A stretch of 64,000 nt of DNA from assembly GCA_018262985.1 (NCBI GenBank), contig JADFDI010000010.1, forward strand, positions 9,274 to 73,273. Reading direction: 5' to 3'. How positions within the stretch are numbered: position 1 is the stretch's first letter; every line of letters begins with the position of its first letter. The DNA comes from Spirochaetota bacterium. Its GTDB lineage: Bacteria; Spirochaetota; Spirochaetia; Treponematales; UBA12059. The notes under the pieces are model-generated. The model was not told where the DNA came from. It saw only the letters and a list, made by a program, of their open reading frames with translations, and did no database searches. Shown piece after piece: positions 26,972-37,052 of this stretch. Made by a program: the position numbers and the translations under genes.

Positions 26972-27700
26972 TCACGGGACGAAGAGGCAGCTCGTAACGC
27001 GGCCATCGGCGTCGACCGACACATCGAGCGCGAGGCCCGGGGCGAGGAAGCGGCGCACGCCCGGAGGGAGGCGGGCCGCGGCCTTTCCTTCCGGATCCGG
27101 CGCGAGCGGAGCGCCGGCGGGGCTCTCGTCCACGAAGGCGCCGGGAAGCCCCTCGAGCTGGACGGATGCCGACGCGGGCGCGGAGAGGTCCGTGACCCGG
27201 AAGGCCCCGTCGGCGAGGCGGGCGGCCACCAAGGCGGGCTCGAGCGCCCAGGGGTCCGCCAGCCTCGATGCGGCCTCGCGCTCGAGCCGCGCCCAATCCA
27301 CGGAGGCCGCGAGGCGCGCGTCGCGCGAGCTCAGCATGGCGCAGACGCTCGCCGCCCAGCCGCCCGCCGCGGTCGGAACGAGCCTTTCGCCGGCGAGGCA
27401 GTGCGGCCATACCGTGCCCAGGGGCCTGAGCGGCAGCGGATTCCCCGCGACGGACGCGAGCAGGAAGACGGGCAGGACTTCCTCCGCCCCGACCTCGAGC
27501 CCGAGGTCCGCGCCCGGAGCCAGCCAGGAGCTGAGTCCAGCGGCCTCGAGGCTCCAGCCCGAGACGAAGCCGGGGGCGGACCAGGCTTCCGGCAGGGGCG
27601 GCGCGACGAGAATCACGCGCTCGGGCGGGAACAGGCGGCACCCGGCGAGGCACGCGCAGGCCGCGATGAGGAAGGGGGCGGGTAGATCGAAACGTCGCAT
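26972..27700 (-). CDS. hypothetical lipoprotein
   Basis: MRRFDLPAPFLIAACACLAGC is lipobox-like. High GC3. No family recognised. Confidence 0.55.
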   Translation of the reverse strand: MRRFDLPAPFLIAACACLAGCRLFPPERVILVAPPLPEAWSAPGFVSGWSLEAAGLSSWLAPGADLGLEVGAEEVLPVFLLASVAGNPLPLRPLGTVWPHCLAGERLVPTAAGGWAASVCAMLSSRDARLAASVDWARLEREAASRLADPWALEPALVAARLADGAFRVTDLSAPASASVQLEGLPGAFVDESPAGAPLAPDPEGKAAARLPPGVRRFLAPGLALDVSVDADGRVTSCLFVP

Positions 27701-27767
27701 GCCGGCCTACCGTCCGCGAGGAGCGCGGCGCTTGCCGCCTGAAGCGATTTCGCTCATACTCTCCCGC

Positions 27768-29192
27768 ATGGACGCTCCCGACGCCTTCGCCCGCGCATTG
27801 AAAGAACGCCTCGACGCGCGGGCGAGCCACCTCGACCGACACGACCTCAAGAAGCTCCGCGACGCCTTCAAGCTCTTCCAGACCGCCTTCCAGGGCATCC
27901 ACGCGGTGCTCCTCCGAAAGGGCGTCATCCAGGAGGATCCGTACAAGTACGAGCTCAAGATCTCGGAGGTCGGCGTACCGAGCGAGAGCCCCTTCACCGA
28001 GAACGAAAAGCTAGAAGCCATGAGCATCCGGCTCTCGCAGTACGAGAGCTACCTCGATTTCCTCAACAACTACTACCAGTTCTCGGTCGATTTCCTCGGC
28101 ATGGCCCGCATCAAGCGCCTCCTGCAGCTGACCCGCTACTTCAACTTCACCCAGTTCGCCGAGACCTCCAACCAGCTCAACACCCGCTACTTCGCCGAGA
28201 TCGTGGCGCAGGTGCGCAAGGGCTCCGACCAACTCTCGTCCGGCATACTCGGCGAGGCCCTGCTACAGCTCGACCGCGCGACGCGCGAGATCCTCGGCAT
28301 CCTCAAGGCCCTGACCGACTGGCACAAGGAGCGCTGGAAGCTCGAGCTCAGGAAGGCGGCGGGCGACTCGCTCCAGGGCCTCGAGCGCGACTGGATCGTC
28401 ACGCACCCTGACGAGACGGTGAGGAAGCTGCGCCAGATCTGGACGGAGGCCGCGGGCGACAAGCCTTTCTACCCCGAGCTGGCCCAGGACGTCCTCTCCG
28501 AGGACTGGTCGAGCGAGGCGGAGTCGCTGCGCGACGCCGTCATGAAGCGGCTGGAGGTGCCCGAGGAGAAGAAGTCCGCGCAGGAGGAGCGCAACTTCAA
28601 GCTCATCATCCTGGACGGCGTGCGTTCCGTCGCGTCGTCCGGATTGCAGCTCGAGGACTCCCTCCAGAAGCTCATGGAGAACCACACCCTGCTCCGCTCG
28701 GCCGACCGTTCCTTCGCCGTCCGTCTCGGACGGGCCTGGCGGAGGCTGACCGGGGCGCCGGAACCGGAGGTCACCTACGAGATCGAGTTCGTCGAGCAGG
28801 CCACGAGCGAGCGGAAGACCGAGAAGGTTCCCTTCGTCCGCTTCCACGAGGAAGCCTCGCGCAAGGCCTCCCTCTACCGCTCCATCTCTTCGCGGAGCTC
28901 GGCGGCCTACAAGCGCCTCGAATCCGCGACCGAGGAGCAGGCCTTCAACTACCTCGAGCGCAACCTCGAGGAAGTCCAGAAGCTCCACAAGACCATGACC
29001 GCCCTCGACGAATTCTTCAAAGGCCGGCTGGCCGAGACCGAGTTCAAGGACAGGGTCAGGGGCATCAAGGTGGAGCTTTCCTCGATGAAGAACGCCATCA
29101 TCAAGGCCAACCAGAAGCGCTACGAGTACGTCGCGCAACGCGAGGAGCTCGAGCAGTTCAAGAAGCTCGGCATCCACACCGACCAGGCCTGA
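27768..29192 (+). CDS. hypothetical helical protein (474 aa)
   Basis: ATG at 27768. Mixed-charge, helix-rich sequence with normal amino-acid complexity. GC is locally lower (one line counted at 52%). No family recognised. Confidence 0.6.
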   Translation: MDAPDAFARALKERLDARASHLDRHDLKKLRDAFKLFQTAFQGIHAVLLRKGVIQEDPYKYELKISEVGVPSESPFTENEKLEAMSIRLSQYESYLDFLNNYYQFSVDFLGMARIKRLLQLTRYFNFTQFAETSNQLNTRYFAEIVAQVRKGSDQLSSGILGEALLQLDRATREILGILKALTDWHKERWKLELRKAAGDSLQGLERDWIVTHPDETVRKLRQIWTEAAGDKPFYPELAQDVLSEDWSSEAESLRDAVMKRLEVPEEKKSAQEERNFKLIILDGVRSVASSGLQLEDSLQKLMENHTLLRSADRSFAVRLGRAWRRLTGAPEPEVTYEIEFVEQATSERKTEKVPFVRFHEEASRKASLYRSISSRSSAAYKRLESATEEQAFNYLERNLEEVQKLHKTMTALDEFFKGRLAETEFKDRVRGIKVELSSMKNAIIKANQKRYEYVAQREELEQFKKLGIHTDQA

Positions 29193-29304
29193 CCAGGCGC
29201 CGCGAAAACGCGCGCGGGACCGTGCGCGCCGGGCCGCTTCATGGTAGTGTTAGGGGGTCCGCCGGCCGTGAACCAAAACCGGGCCGGCCCGGAGGTTCCA
29301 CCCC

Positions 29305-30930
29305 ATGCACCGCCAGATCGCTGCGGCCCTCGCCGCGTTCCTCCTTTTGGCCGCTCCCGCCGCGCTCGCCGGACAGGAGCGTACCGAGCTCGTCGTGTCC
29401 TGCCCCGCGGGGGGGATCGACTTCGACCCGCATTCGGCCATCACCGCGACCGAGGCCCAGATCTTCACCGCCATCTACGAAGGCCTGTTCACCTACGATC
29501 CCGCCACGCTCGAGCCGGTCAAGGCCGCCGCGGAAGCCTTTTCGCGCTCGCGCGACGGCAAGGTCTACACCTTCACCATCGCGGCGGACGCCCGGTGGTC
29601 GAACGGCGACAAGCTCACCGCCGCCCACTTCCGCGATTCATGGCTCCGCATGCTCGAGCCGGAGCGAAAGGCCGACTACGCGGCCTTCTTCGACGTCATC
29701 GCGGGCGCCAAGGATTTCAGGACCGGCAAGCTCAAGGACAAGGCCAAGGTCGGCATCGTCGCGAAGTCGGACTCCGTGCTCGAGGTGCGCCTCGAAAACC
29801 CGGCCGCGTACTTCACCCGCCTGCTCTGCCACCACAGCTTCTCGCCCGTCCACCCCTCCATGCTCGCCCTGGACGACTGGGAAGGCGTCGCCGCGGCCGG
29901 CGAGCTGCCGGTGAACGGACCCTTCACCGTCGCCTCGTACAGCGCCGACGAGTTGCGCGTCGTACGGAACCCGCTCTACCGCGACGTCGCGGCGGTCCGG
30001 CTCGACGCCATCCGCTTCCCCTTCATCGATGAGGACGCGGAGGTAAGCCGGCTCTACAACAACGGCGAGATCCACTGGGCTACGGGCAACTTCGACTACG
30101 ACTCGCTGCTGGCCAAGGAGGATCTCCAGGCGCACCCGATGTTCGCCACGCACTACTGGTTCTTCCGCTCGGATTCCGGCCCCTGGGCGAAGGCGGACGT
30201 GCGCCGGGCGCTGGCGCTGCTGCTGCCCTGGGACGAGATCCGCGACGAGGAGCTCTACGGCATCGTCGCCGAAACGCTCGTGCTGCCCTTCGAGGGCTAC
30301 GAGGCCCCCGAGGGCATCGCCGAGGCCGACCTGGACGAGGCCATGGCCTTGCTGGAGAAGGCCGGCTTTCCCGGCGGGCAGGGCCTGCCCGCGATCCGCT
30401 TCATGATCCCCGACGGCGAGGACGCCCGCCGGATCGCGGCCCTGATGGGCGACGCGTGGAAGGAACTGATCGCCCTCGAGTACGAGGTGGCCGTGGTCCC
30501 GCCCTCCCGCTTCTTCGAGAAGGTCAAGTCGGAGGACTACGACGTCTCGCTCACCAGCTGGATCGGCGACTTCGCCGACCCGTTGGCCTTCCTGCAGATG
30601 TGGGTGTCGGATTCCAACCTGAACGACGCGCGCTGGAAGGACGCCGAGTTCGACAGGCTGATCGCGGAATCCAACGCGCAGGACGGCGCGAAGCGCGCGG
30701 CGACCCTGGCGAAGGCCGAGGCGCTCCTGCTCGGCGGCGCCGCGGTCATGCCCATCTACCACAGCCTCGCCATCAACCTGGTCAATCCCGAGGTGGTCGA
30801 CGGCTGGTTCGACAACGTGCTCGACATCCATCCCTTCAAGGCGATGGGCTTCGGCTCGTGGCGGCCCATGCCGGGCGTGGCCTCGGGCATCGCCTTCCCG
30901 TCCGCCACCGTCGCGTTCGGCTCACACTGA
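29305..30930 (+). CDS. ABC transporter substrate-binding protein, family 5 (peptide/nickel type)
   Basis: Signal peptide. DPHSAITATEAQIFTAIYEGLFTYDP...YTFTIAADARWSNGDKLTAAHF is characteristic of OppA/DppA-like SBPs. No cognate permease or ATPase genes are adjacent. Confidence 0.8.
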   Translation: MHRQIAAALAAFLLLAAPAALAGQERTELVVSCPAGGIDFDPHSAITATEAQIFTAIYEGLFTYDPATLEPVKAAAEAFSRSRDGKVYTFTIAADARWSNGDKLTAAHFRDSWLRMLEPERKADYAAFFDVIAGAKDFRTGKLKDKAKVGIVAKSDSVLEVRLENPAAYFTRLLCHHSFSPVHPSMLALDDWEGVAAAGELPVNGPFTVASYSADELRVVRNPLYRDVAAVRLDAIRFPFIDEDAEVSRLYNNGEIHWATGNFDYDSLLAKEDLQAHPMFATHYWFFRSDSGPWAKADVRRALALLLPWDEIRDEELYGIVAETLVLPFEGYEAPEGIAEADLDEAMALLEKAGFPGGQGLPAIRFMIPDGEDARRIAALMGDAWKELIALEYEVAVVPPSRFFEKVKSEDYDVSLTSWIGDFADPLAFLQMWVSDSNLNDARWKDAEFDRLIAESNAQDGAKRAATLAKAEALLLGGAAVMPIYHSLAINLVNPEVVDGWFDNVLDIHPFKAMGFGSWRPMPGVASGIAFPSATVAFGSH

Positions 30931-30941
30931 AGGAGATCATC

Positions 30942-31928
30942 GTGCGCAAGGTCTTCGCCTCGCTCGTCTACGCCTTCGTCGCCCTGCCCGTGCTGCTCGG
31001 CGCGATTTTCCTCGCGGGCGCTTCGCCCCGACTCCTCGACCGGGACACCTGGACGGACGCCCTCGGCGACGAGCGCCTTTGGACCGCGGCGCGGACCTTC
31101 GAGCCGCCCGCGGAAAGCCTCGAGGCCGCCGTCGCCGAGCTGCCCTCGGGCGCGCGGATCGATGCGCGCCTCCTGTGGAACGCCGCGCGCGAGGAACTGC
31201 CCTGGGACGACCTGAAGATCCAGACCCTCAACTCCTTCGCCGATTTCTGGGACGAGGCCCGGGGCTCCGGGAACGACGACCTGGTGCGGATCGAACCATT
31301 CCGGACCATCCTCGAGAACAGGGCGGACGAAATCGCGGCGGCCTACGCGGCGGGTCTCGAGCCCGCCCCCTCGGGGACCATCCCCGATCCGACCGACCTG
31401 ACGGTCCTTCCCGCGGGAGCGAGCGCGAAGGACGTCGCCCGCGGCATCGAGGCGGCGCTGCGCGAAGCCGCCGGCCGCATCCCCGACTCGGTCCCGATCG
31501 AAGGCGCGGGCGCTCCCGCGGCCGACCTGGTCGCGGCCCGCCAGGGGCTCGGCGCCGCCTCGCGCGCGTCGCTCCTCGCGGGAGCCGCGCTCTGGATCGG
31601 GCTCGCTTTCGCCGCCTACGGCTCCTGGTCGCGCCGGGTGCGCTGGCTGGGCACCACGCTGGCGATACCCGGCGGCATCGTGCTCGGAACGGGGCTGCTC
31701 CTCCGCCTGCCCCTCGAGGCGGCCCTCTCGGGCGCGCTCCGCTCGCCGGAACTGGCCGCCATGCTGAGCGGCCCGGCCGCCGAGGGGCTCGCCGCCTGGG
31801 CGCGCGGCCTCGCCGGCCTCGTTTCGAACGGCTTCATCGTATCGGGCGGCGTCGCGAGCGTCATCGCGGCCGTCGCCCTCGGGGCTTCGCGCCCGATCGA
31901 GGCCGCCGAGCGCGGGGAGGACGAGTGA
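30942..31928 (+). CDS. hypothetical membrane protein
   Basis: GTG at 30942 follows RBS AAGGAG. N-terminal TM helix, soluble middle region, then 3-4 C-terminal TM helices. Confidence 0.5.
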   Translation: MRKVFASLVYAFVALPVLLGAIFLAGASPRLLDRDTWTDALGDERLWTAARTFEPPAESLEAAVAELPSGARIDARLLWNAAREELPWDDLKIQTLNSFADFWDEARGSGNDDLVRIEPFRTILENRADEIAAAYAAGLEPAPSGTIPDPTDLTVLPAGASAKDVARGIEAALREAAGRIPDSVPIEGAGAPAADLVAARQGLGAASRASLLAGAALWIGLAFAAYGSWSRRVRWLGTTLAIPGGIVLGTGLLLRLPLEAALSGALRSPELAAMLSGPAAEGLAAWARGLAGLVSNGFIVSGGVASVIAAVALGASRPIEAAERGEDE

Positions 31929-33040
31929 GCCCCGACGAAGCCTCGCCCCTGTCCCTGCTCCGGAGCCTCGGCTTCCCCGAGCTGAAGCTCCACCGCGCCT
32001 TCGGACACTTCGACTTCACGCGCTCGGGCCGGCGCATCCTCGTCATCGGACCCATGGGCTCGGGAAAGACGGAATTCTCCGCCCGCATGTGGCGCGACAG
32101 CCGCGTCGCCCTGCGCAAGGGTCCCGCCGTGGCCGCGCGCACCTCGACCGACGGCGCCGACCGCCGCGAGCTTTTCTTCGTGCGCTCGGTGCTCGACCTC
32201 GGACGCTTCAAAGACTACCCGACCGACGCCCTCGCGTACCGCGGCGGCTTCGAGCGCCTCGGCGAGCGCATCGCGAGCGTGCGCGACTCCTTCGAGCTCG
32301 AGAGCGTCATCGCGTCCCACCCGGAGGTCGGCACCTTCGTCGTGGACGAGGCGGCCTTCTACGACGAGCGAATCGCCTACCTGATGCGGAACGAGTCGGA
32401 GCGGCGCGGGCTCGTCTTCGTACTGCCCACCCTCGTGCTCAACTTCCGCAAGGAGATCTTCAACCAGACCGCGCGCCTGCTGCTCGACACGGCGACCGAC
32501 GTCTTCCCCCTGACCGCCTACTGCGAGCATCCTGACTGCGTCGCCGATTCGCTCTACACCTACCGGTACTACCTGGCGGACGGCGTCGAGTGCCCGGCGC
32601 TCTACTTCGACCCGCTGATCATCGTGGGCGGCGACGCGACGCGCGACGACGGGAAGGAGCCGAACTACTGCACGCGCTGCGACGCGCACCACCACCTGCC
32701 GGGCAAGGAGTACACCTTCTTCACGCTGAAGCCCCTCGGCGAGAAGGCGGCCCGCGGCGAGACCAAGCCGCTCCTGGCGGAGCTCGCGGCGATAGCGGGG
32801 GACATCGGACGCTCCCGGCTCGCGGCGTCGCTGCGCAAGGCCCGGGGCGAGGATGGGGAGGGCCCCGAGCTCGACGCGCTCCGGGTGCCCTGCATCGCCG
32901 AGCGCGCCCTCGTGTACCTTTTCGCGGAGCAGAACCTGCTGCCGGTGGACCTGCTCAGGAGCATCGTCGACGACCTCGGGCTCGACCGCGAGTTCCTCCG
33001 GAAGCGGCTGGCGGACAACCGGCGGCCCGTGGAACTGTAG
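31925..33040 (+). CDS. thymidine-kinase-fold P-loop protein (divergent) with C-terminal extension
   Basis: GTG overlaps the upstream stop (GTGA). IGPMGSGKTE (P-loop), FVVDEAAFYDE (Walker B position), LTAYCEHPDC ... IIVGGD ... YCTRCDAHHH (Zn-ribbon/lasso-like positions) are colinear with type II thymidine kinases. Extra tail of about 110 aa. Confidence 0.55.
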   Translation: MSPDEASPLSLLRSLGFPELKLHRAFGHFDFTRSGRRILVIGPMGSGKTEFSARMWRDSRVALRKGPAVAARTSTDGADRRELFFVRSVLDLGRFKDYPTDALAYRGGFERLGERIASVRDSFELESVIASHPEVGTFVVDEAAFYDERIAYLMRNESERRGLVFVLPTLVLNFRKEIFNQTARLLLDTATDVFPLTAYCEHPDCVADSLYTYRYYLADGVECPALYFDPLIIVGGDATRDDGKEPNYCTRCDAHHHLPGKEYTFFTLKPLGEKAARGETKPLLAELAAIAGDIGRSRLAASLRKARGEDGEGPELDALRVPCIAERALVYLFAEQNLLPVDLLRSIVDDLGLDREFLRKRLADNRRPVEL

Positions 33041-33210
33041 GCGCGGCGATCCGATCGGAACGCGACGCGCGAAAGGCCGGTCCGGGACGGGCTCGAGGCG
33101 TCCGCTTTTTTTTTGCGGCCGCGCGCCCGGCGCGCCCCGCTTCGTGCTAGGATGCTCCCTGCCTCCACAACTCAAAAGCGTTCCAAATCAAGAGCTGACG
33201 GAGACGGGCG

Positions 33211-34857
33211 ATGGGCATGTTCGCGTCCTTGCTTTCGGAAGAGTCCAAGCGCGGAGAGCGCGCCTCGTATTTCATCCGCTGGGGCATGATCGCCTTCCTC
33301 GCGGTCATGGCCGGCCTCCAGCTGGCCGATCCCGTGCAGGCCCCCGCGGGACGCTGGGGCTTCGTCAACATCGCCGTGGCCGCCGCCTGGAACCTCGGCA
33401 TGCTCCCGCTGGTCATCCGCAAGCGCTACCCGGCCTGGCTACGCTGGATCTCGGTCAGCGTCGACGTGCTGCTCGTGAGCGCGAGCATCCTGACCACGAC
33501 GCTCTTCATGCACCCCTCGGGCGCCGCCACCACCGCCATATCGCTGCTCTACCCGGTGGTGATCCTCGTGGCCGCGTACCGCCACGAACGGCGGCTCGTC
33601 GTCTACGCCACGCTGCTTTCCATCGCGAGCTACAATCTCGTCTACTGGAGCACGGTGGCCGCGGTGCCGCCCGAGCTCTACGCGTACGCTCCCCACGCCA
33701 AACCCTCGGGACAGTTCTATCGGAGCATGTACATCCTGCTCTTCGGCGCGGGACTCCTCTATATCCCGGCGACCATCGAGCGCCTGCTGAAACGGCAGCA
33801 GTCGGCCTTCGACGCCGCCACGGAAAAGTACCAGGCCATGGCGATCACGCTCCTCGGCGAGGTAGGGAAGCTCAAGGACACGGGCGCCCGCCTGTCCGCG
33901 GAAATGAGCGCGGCCCACGCCGCCGTGCACGGCATCGGCGCCATGCTCGAGGACTCCCGGTCGAAGATCGCGGGCCAGGGCGAGCTGAGCCAGCGGCTCG
34001 CGGGCCTGATGGATTCCATGAACTCGTTCTCCGCCGAGCTGGAACTGCTGATCCGCGAACAGGCCGCGGCCGTGACCGAGACCGCCGCCTCGACCGAGCA
34101 GATGATCGGCAACATCGGTTCGATCGAGCGCCACGTGGGCGAGACCAAGTCCGGCGTCGAGTCGCTCATGACGAACAGCGAGGAAGGCCGGGCCAAGCTC
34201 GACGAGGTGCTCTCGGCCATCGAAGCGATCGCGGAGAAGAGCCGCGGCATGCTGGACGCGGTGGAGATCATTTCGGGAATCGCGGGAACCACCAACCTGC
34301 TGGCCATGAACGCGGCCATCGAGGCCGCGCACGCGGGCGACGCCGGGCGCGGCTTTTCCGTGGTCGCCGACGAGATCCGCAAGCTGGCGGAACAGACCGC
34401 ATCCCAGTCGCGCGAGATCGCCGCCGAGCTCGGGGCGATCAAGGCGTCGATCGACGGGGCCGTCGAGTCGTCGGGGAGCGCGAGCTCGTCGTTCCAGCTG
34501 GTGCTCGAGGGAGTCAGGGCGGTGGCGGACCACATGACCGAGGTGGGCCACGCGATGAGAGAGCAGGCCGCGGGCTCGGCCCAGATATCCGAGGCGATGC
34601 GGGACATGCACGAGGCGACCGCGAAGGTCCGCGAAGGCGCGCTGTTCCTCAGGGAGAAATCCGGCACGCTCTCGACGGCCTCGAGCGAGCTGTCCGAAGG
34701 GAACGCCGCCATCAGCGCCGACATGGAAGGCGTCGCGGTCGAGAGCGTCCGCATCGAGGCCGCCACCAAGACGGTGCTGGAGCTCGCGGAAGCGAACGAG
34801 CGCTTCGTCGGCCGCATCGGCGCCGAGGTCGGCGCGTTCAAGGTCGTTTCGGACTAG
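33211..34857 (+). CDS. methyl-accepting chemotaxis protein with multi-TM N-terminal module
   Basis: [36 protein letters not shown] is the highly conserved MCP signalling hairpin. N-terminus has about 6 TM helices. Confidence 0.9.
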   Translation: MGMFASLLSEESKRGERASYFIRWGMIAFLAVMAGLQLADPVQAPAGRWGFVNIAVAAAWNLGMLPLVIRKRYPAWLRWISVSVDVLLVSASILTTTLFMHPSGAATTAISLLYPVVILVAAYRHERRLVVYATLLSIASYNLVYWSTVAAVPPELYAYAPHAKPSGQFYRSMYILLFGAGLLYIPATIERLLKRQQSAFDAATEKYQAMAITLLGEVGKLKDTGARLSAEMSAAHAAVHGIGAMLEDSRSKIAGQGELSQRLAGLMDSMNSFSAELELLIREQAAAVTETAASTEQMIGNIGSIERHVGETKSGVESLMTNSEEGRAKLDEVLSAIEAIAEKSRGMLDAVEIISGIAGTTNLLAMNAAIEAAHAGDAGRGFSVVADEIRKLAEQTASQSREIAAELGAIKASIDGAVESSGSASSSFQLVLEGVRAVADHMTEVGHAMREQAAGSAQISEAMRDMHEATAKVREGALFLREKSGTLSTASSELSEGNAAISADMEGVAVESVRIEAATKTVLELAEANERFVGRIGAEVGAFKVVSD

Positions 34858-34875
34858 GGCGCGGCGGCGAGGGCC

Positions 34876-35709
34876 TCAGGGGAAAAGACGGCGTTCGAGA
34901 TCCTTGAGGGTCCCGCCCGATCCGAGCGTGGACTCGAGCGCGGCCAGGAAGAGGAAGGGCGATACGAGCGAACGCGCGGCCCGTTCGCCGAGTCCCGCGA
35001 GCTCGTCGAAATCGCCGACCCTGAGGCGGGAGGCCGCCACCGCCAGCGCCGCCCGACCGGCCTCGGCGGGCGATAGGGCGATGGAGGCGCGGAGCGTCGC
35101 CGCCGCGGTCAGCGCAGCCGCGGCGCGTTCCGGGCTGGCCTTGCCCGAGCGGGCCAAGCCCGCCACGCCCGTCACGGCTTCGAGCTCGATGCCGTTCCGC
35201 ATGGCCAGGGCCACTGACACGTAGAAGGCGGCGGACTTGGAAGCGGTCGGCCATTCGGGACCGAGCGAGCGGGCGAGCGCGGTCCAGCGCGCGGCGTCGG
35301 CCTCGAGGGCTTCGGCGGCGGTCTCGGGCGAAGCGCCTTTCGCGGCGGCCTCCCTCAGGCGGATGCGGAACGCCTCGGCGGGCGCCCCTGCCTCGATGGC
35401 GGGAACCGCCGCGGCGAGCAGGCGATCGCGCACCGAGAGGAAGCGCGAAACCTCGCGGGAGGTCTCGAGCCAGCTTCCGAGAGACTCGATGGCGGAGATA
35501 TCCGATCCTGTCCGCGCTCCCGGGCCCGAGGACGTTCCGCCGCTCCGGTCGGGCACACCCGTCCCCGGAGAACCCGGCGCGGGGCCGGCGCCGGGCATGG
35601 CGCCGCCCGGACCGCCAGCGCCGCCCTGAGCCGCCAACGACGCGGCGAAGCACAGGGCGAGGGAGAACGCAGCGGCCTTACGCCAGTCGATTCGCTTCAT
35701 GGCCTTCAA
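34876..35709 (-). CDS. secreted hypothetical protein
   Basis: Signal peptide AAAFSLALCFAASLAAQ, Gly/Pro-rich linker, then an Ala-rich helical domain. Downstream of the sigma / anti-sigma pair on the same strand. Confidence 0.5.
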   Translation of the reverse strand: MKAMKRIDWRKAAAFSLALCFAASLAAQGGAGGPGGAMPGAGPAPGSPGTGVPDRSGGTSSGPGARTGSDISAIESLGSWLETSREVSRFLSVRDRLLAAAVPAIEAGAPAEAFRIRLREAAAKGASPETAAEALEADAARWTALARSLGPEWPTASKSAAFYVSVALAMRNGIELEAVTGVAGLARSGKASPERAAAALTAAATLRASIALSPAEAGRAALAVAASRLRVGDFDELAGLGERAARSLVSPFLFLAALESTLGSGGTLKDLERRLFP

Positions 35710-35755
35710 AACCTCCGTACTCCGGCACGCCCGCGGGGGCGCGGCCGGAACGCGC

Positions 35756-36247
35756 TCAGAGCGATATGGTCGAGACCCCGCCGCCGAGCCCGTCGTCGAG
35801 CACCTGGCGGGAGGCCGGGTCGGGGACCCAGCGCTCGCCGTCTATCAGGAAGATGTAGGAATACGAGGCGCCCTTGCGGAGCGGCACCGTTATGGACCAG
35901 GTTCCGGAAGCGTCGCGCTCGAGGGCGTAGCCTTCGCCAGTCCAGCCGTTGAAATCGGCTGCGAGGCGGACCTCGGAGGCCTCGGGGGCTTCCAGCACGA
36001 AGCGCACCTGGGCGGAGGCACCGTCGCCGATGATCGCGAGGGTTGCGAGCGAGGACAGGACCGCGACGAGCGCGGCGGCCGCGACGTAGCGCACGAGCCT
36101 GGAGCGGACGAAGGCCGGGAAGTCGAGGACCGCGGGCGCGCGATCGGGCGCGCCGAGAGAGCGCACCCTCGCCATGACGGCTTCGGCGCTCCGGGCGGCC
36201 CGATCGGGATCGCGCTCGAACAGCTGCGTGCGTACGGTCTCCTTCAT
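35756..36247 (-). CDS. putative anti-sigma factor with extracytoplasmic CBM48 / AMPK-beta-like E-set domain
   Basis: Start overlaps the sigma-factor stop. One TM helix (YVAAAALVAVLSSLATLAII). C-terminal VRFVLEAPEASEVRLAADFNGWTGEGYALERDASGTWSITVPLRKGASYSYIFLIDGERWVPDP matches the glycogen-binding E-set pattern. Confidence 0.6.
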   Translation of the reverse strand: MKETVRTQLFERDPDRAARSAEAVMARVRSLGAPDRAPAVLDFPAFVRSRLVRYVAAAALVAVLSSLATLAIIGDGASAQVRFVLEAPEASEVRLAADFNGWTGEGYALERDASGTWSITVPLRKGASYSYIFLIDGERWVPDPASRQVLDDGLGGGVSTISL

Positions 36248-36846
36248 ATACCACCTCTACCCCTCGCGGAGCGCTCCGGTTGCGGCCGCTTTTCAAGGAG
36301 GGCCGCGAGTTCCTTCCGGGCCCGGAACAGGCGCGACTTGACCGCCTCCTCTCCGAGTCCCAGGGCTTCGGCCACCTCAGCCACCTGGAGGCCGCCGAAA
36401 TAGTAGAGCTCGACCGGTGCCCGTCGTTCGGGGGAAAGACCGCCCAGCGCCGCGCGGATCGACTCGGCGTCGAGGGCCGCGAGGGCGAGCTCCTCCGGAC
36501 CCGGGCTCCTACGATCCGCGAGCTCGTCCAGCGAATCCTCGCCCTCCGCGGAACGCGCGAAACGGGGCAGTCCGGCGCGGGCCTTGTAGCGGCTGCGCAC
36601 GCGATTGGCGGCGATGGCGAAGAGCCAGGAGCGGAAGCTGCGCGTCACGTCGAAGGAGCGGAGCGAACGGAAGGCGCGGACGAGTACGTCCTGCACGGCG
36701 TCCTCCGCGTCGCCCGGATCGCCGAGCCGGGCCGCGCAGAAACGGTAGATCGCGTCGGAATAGCGGGCCACGAGGCCCCTGAAGGCCTCGACCTCGCCCG
36801 AGAGCACGCGCGAGACGAGGGCGGCGTCGTCCGACCCGGTTTCCAT
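36244..36846 (-). CDS. ECF-type RNA polymerase sigma factor
   Basis: Region 2 (AFRGLVARYSDAIYRF...DAEDAVQDVLVRAF...SWLFAIAANR) and region 4 (ELYYFGGLQVAEVAEALGLGEEAVKSRLFRARKEL). Start taken at METGSDD (ATG 36846). Confidence 0.85.
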   Translation of the reverse strand: METGSDDAALVSRVLSGEVEAFRGLVARYSDAIYRFCAARLGDPGDAEDAVQDVLVRAFRSLRSFDVTRSFRSWLFAIAANRVRSRYKARAGLPRFARSAEGEDSLDELADRRSPGPEELALAALDAESIRAALGGLSPERRAPVELYYFGGLQVAEVAEALGLGEEAVKSRLFRARKELAALLEKRPQPERSARGRGGI

Positions 36847-36888
36847 GGAGGAGACATATAGCACGCCGACGCGGGAAAAGTCAGGGGC

Positions 36889-37052
36889 GGGCTCTGTCCC
36901 CGCCATCTAGCTCCGAGCTCTGTCCCTACCATCGAGCTCCGAGCTCTGTCTCCGCTGACGGCCTCCATCTACCACGAGCGAGCTCTGTCCCCAGGGGCGA
37001 GCTCGGCTCCCGGCGAACCCAGTCACCGCCACCGAGCTCCGAGCTCTGTCCC
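36889..37052 (-). repeat. array of GAGCTCTGTCCC copies (3 exact, 2 variants)
   Basis: Copies at 36889(v), 36915, 36941(v), 36980, 37041. The extended unit (a/t)(c/g)cgagctccGAGCTCTGTC recurs. Confidence 0.9.

Noticed and set aside
25419-27902. 827-aa minus-strand ORF
   Set aside because: Antisense to the histidine kinase, whose H, N and G boxes are clear, and it overlaps the lipoprotein gene out of frame. Arg/Gly/Pro-rich composition.
36244-36906. Longer 220-aa version of the ECF sigma ORF, and longer versions of pncB (to 6765), pncA (to 7058), MFS (to 12299), alaX (to 39076) and the lipoprotein (to 9759)
   Set aside because: The N-terminal extensions are Arg/Pro-rich and overlap neighbouring genes or repeat arrays. 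They precede internal starts that align with family N-termini or signal peptides, so the internal starts were used.
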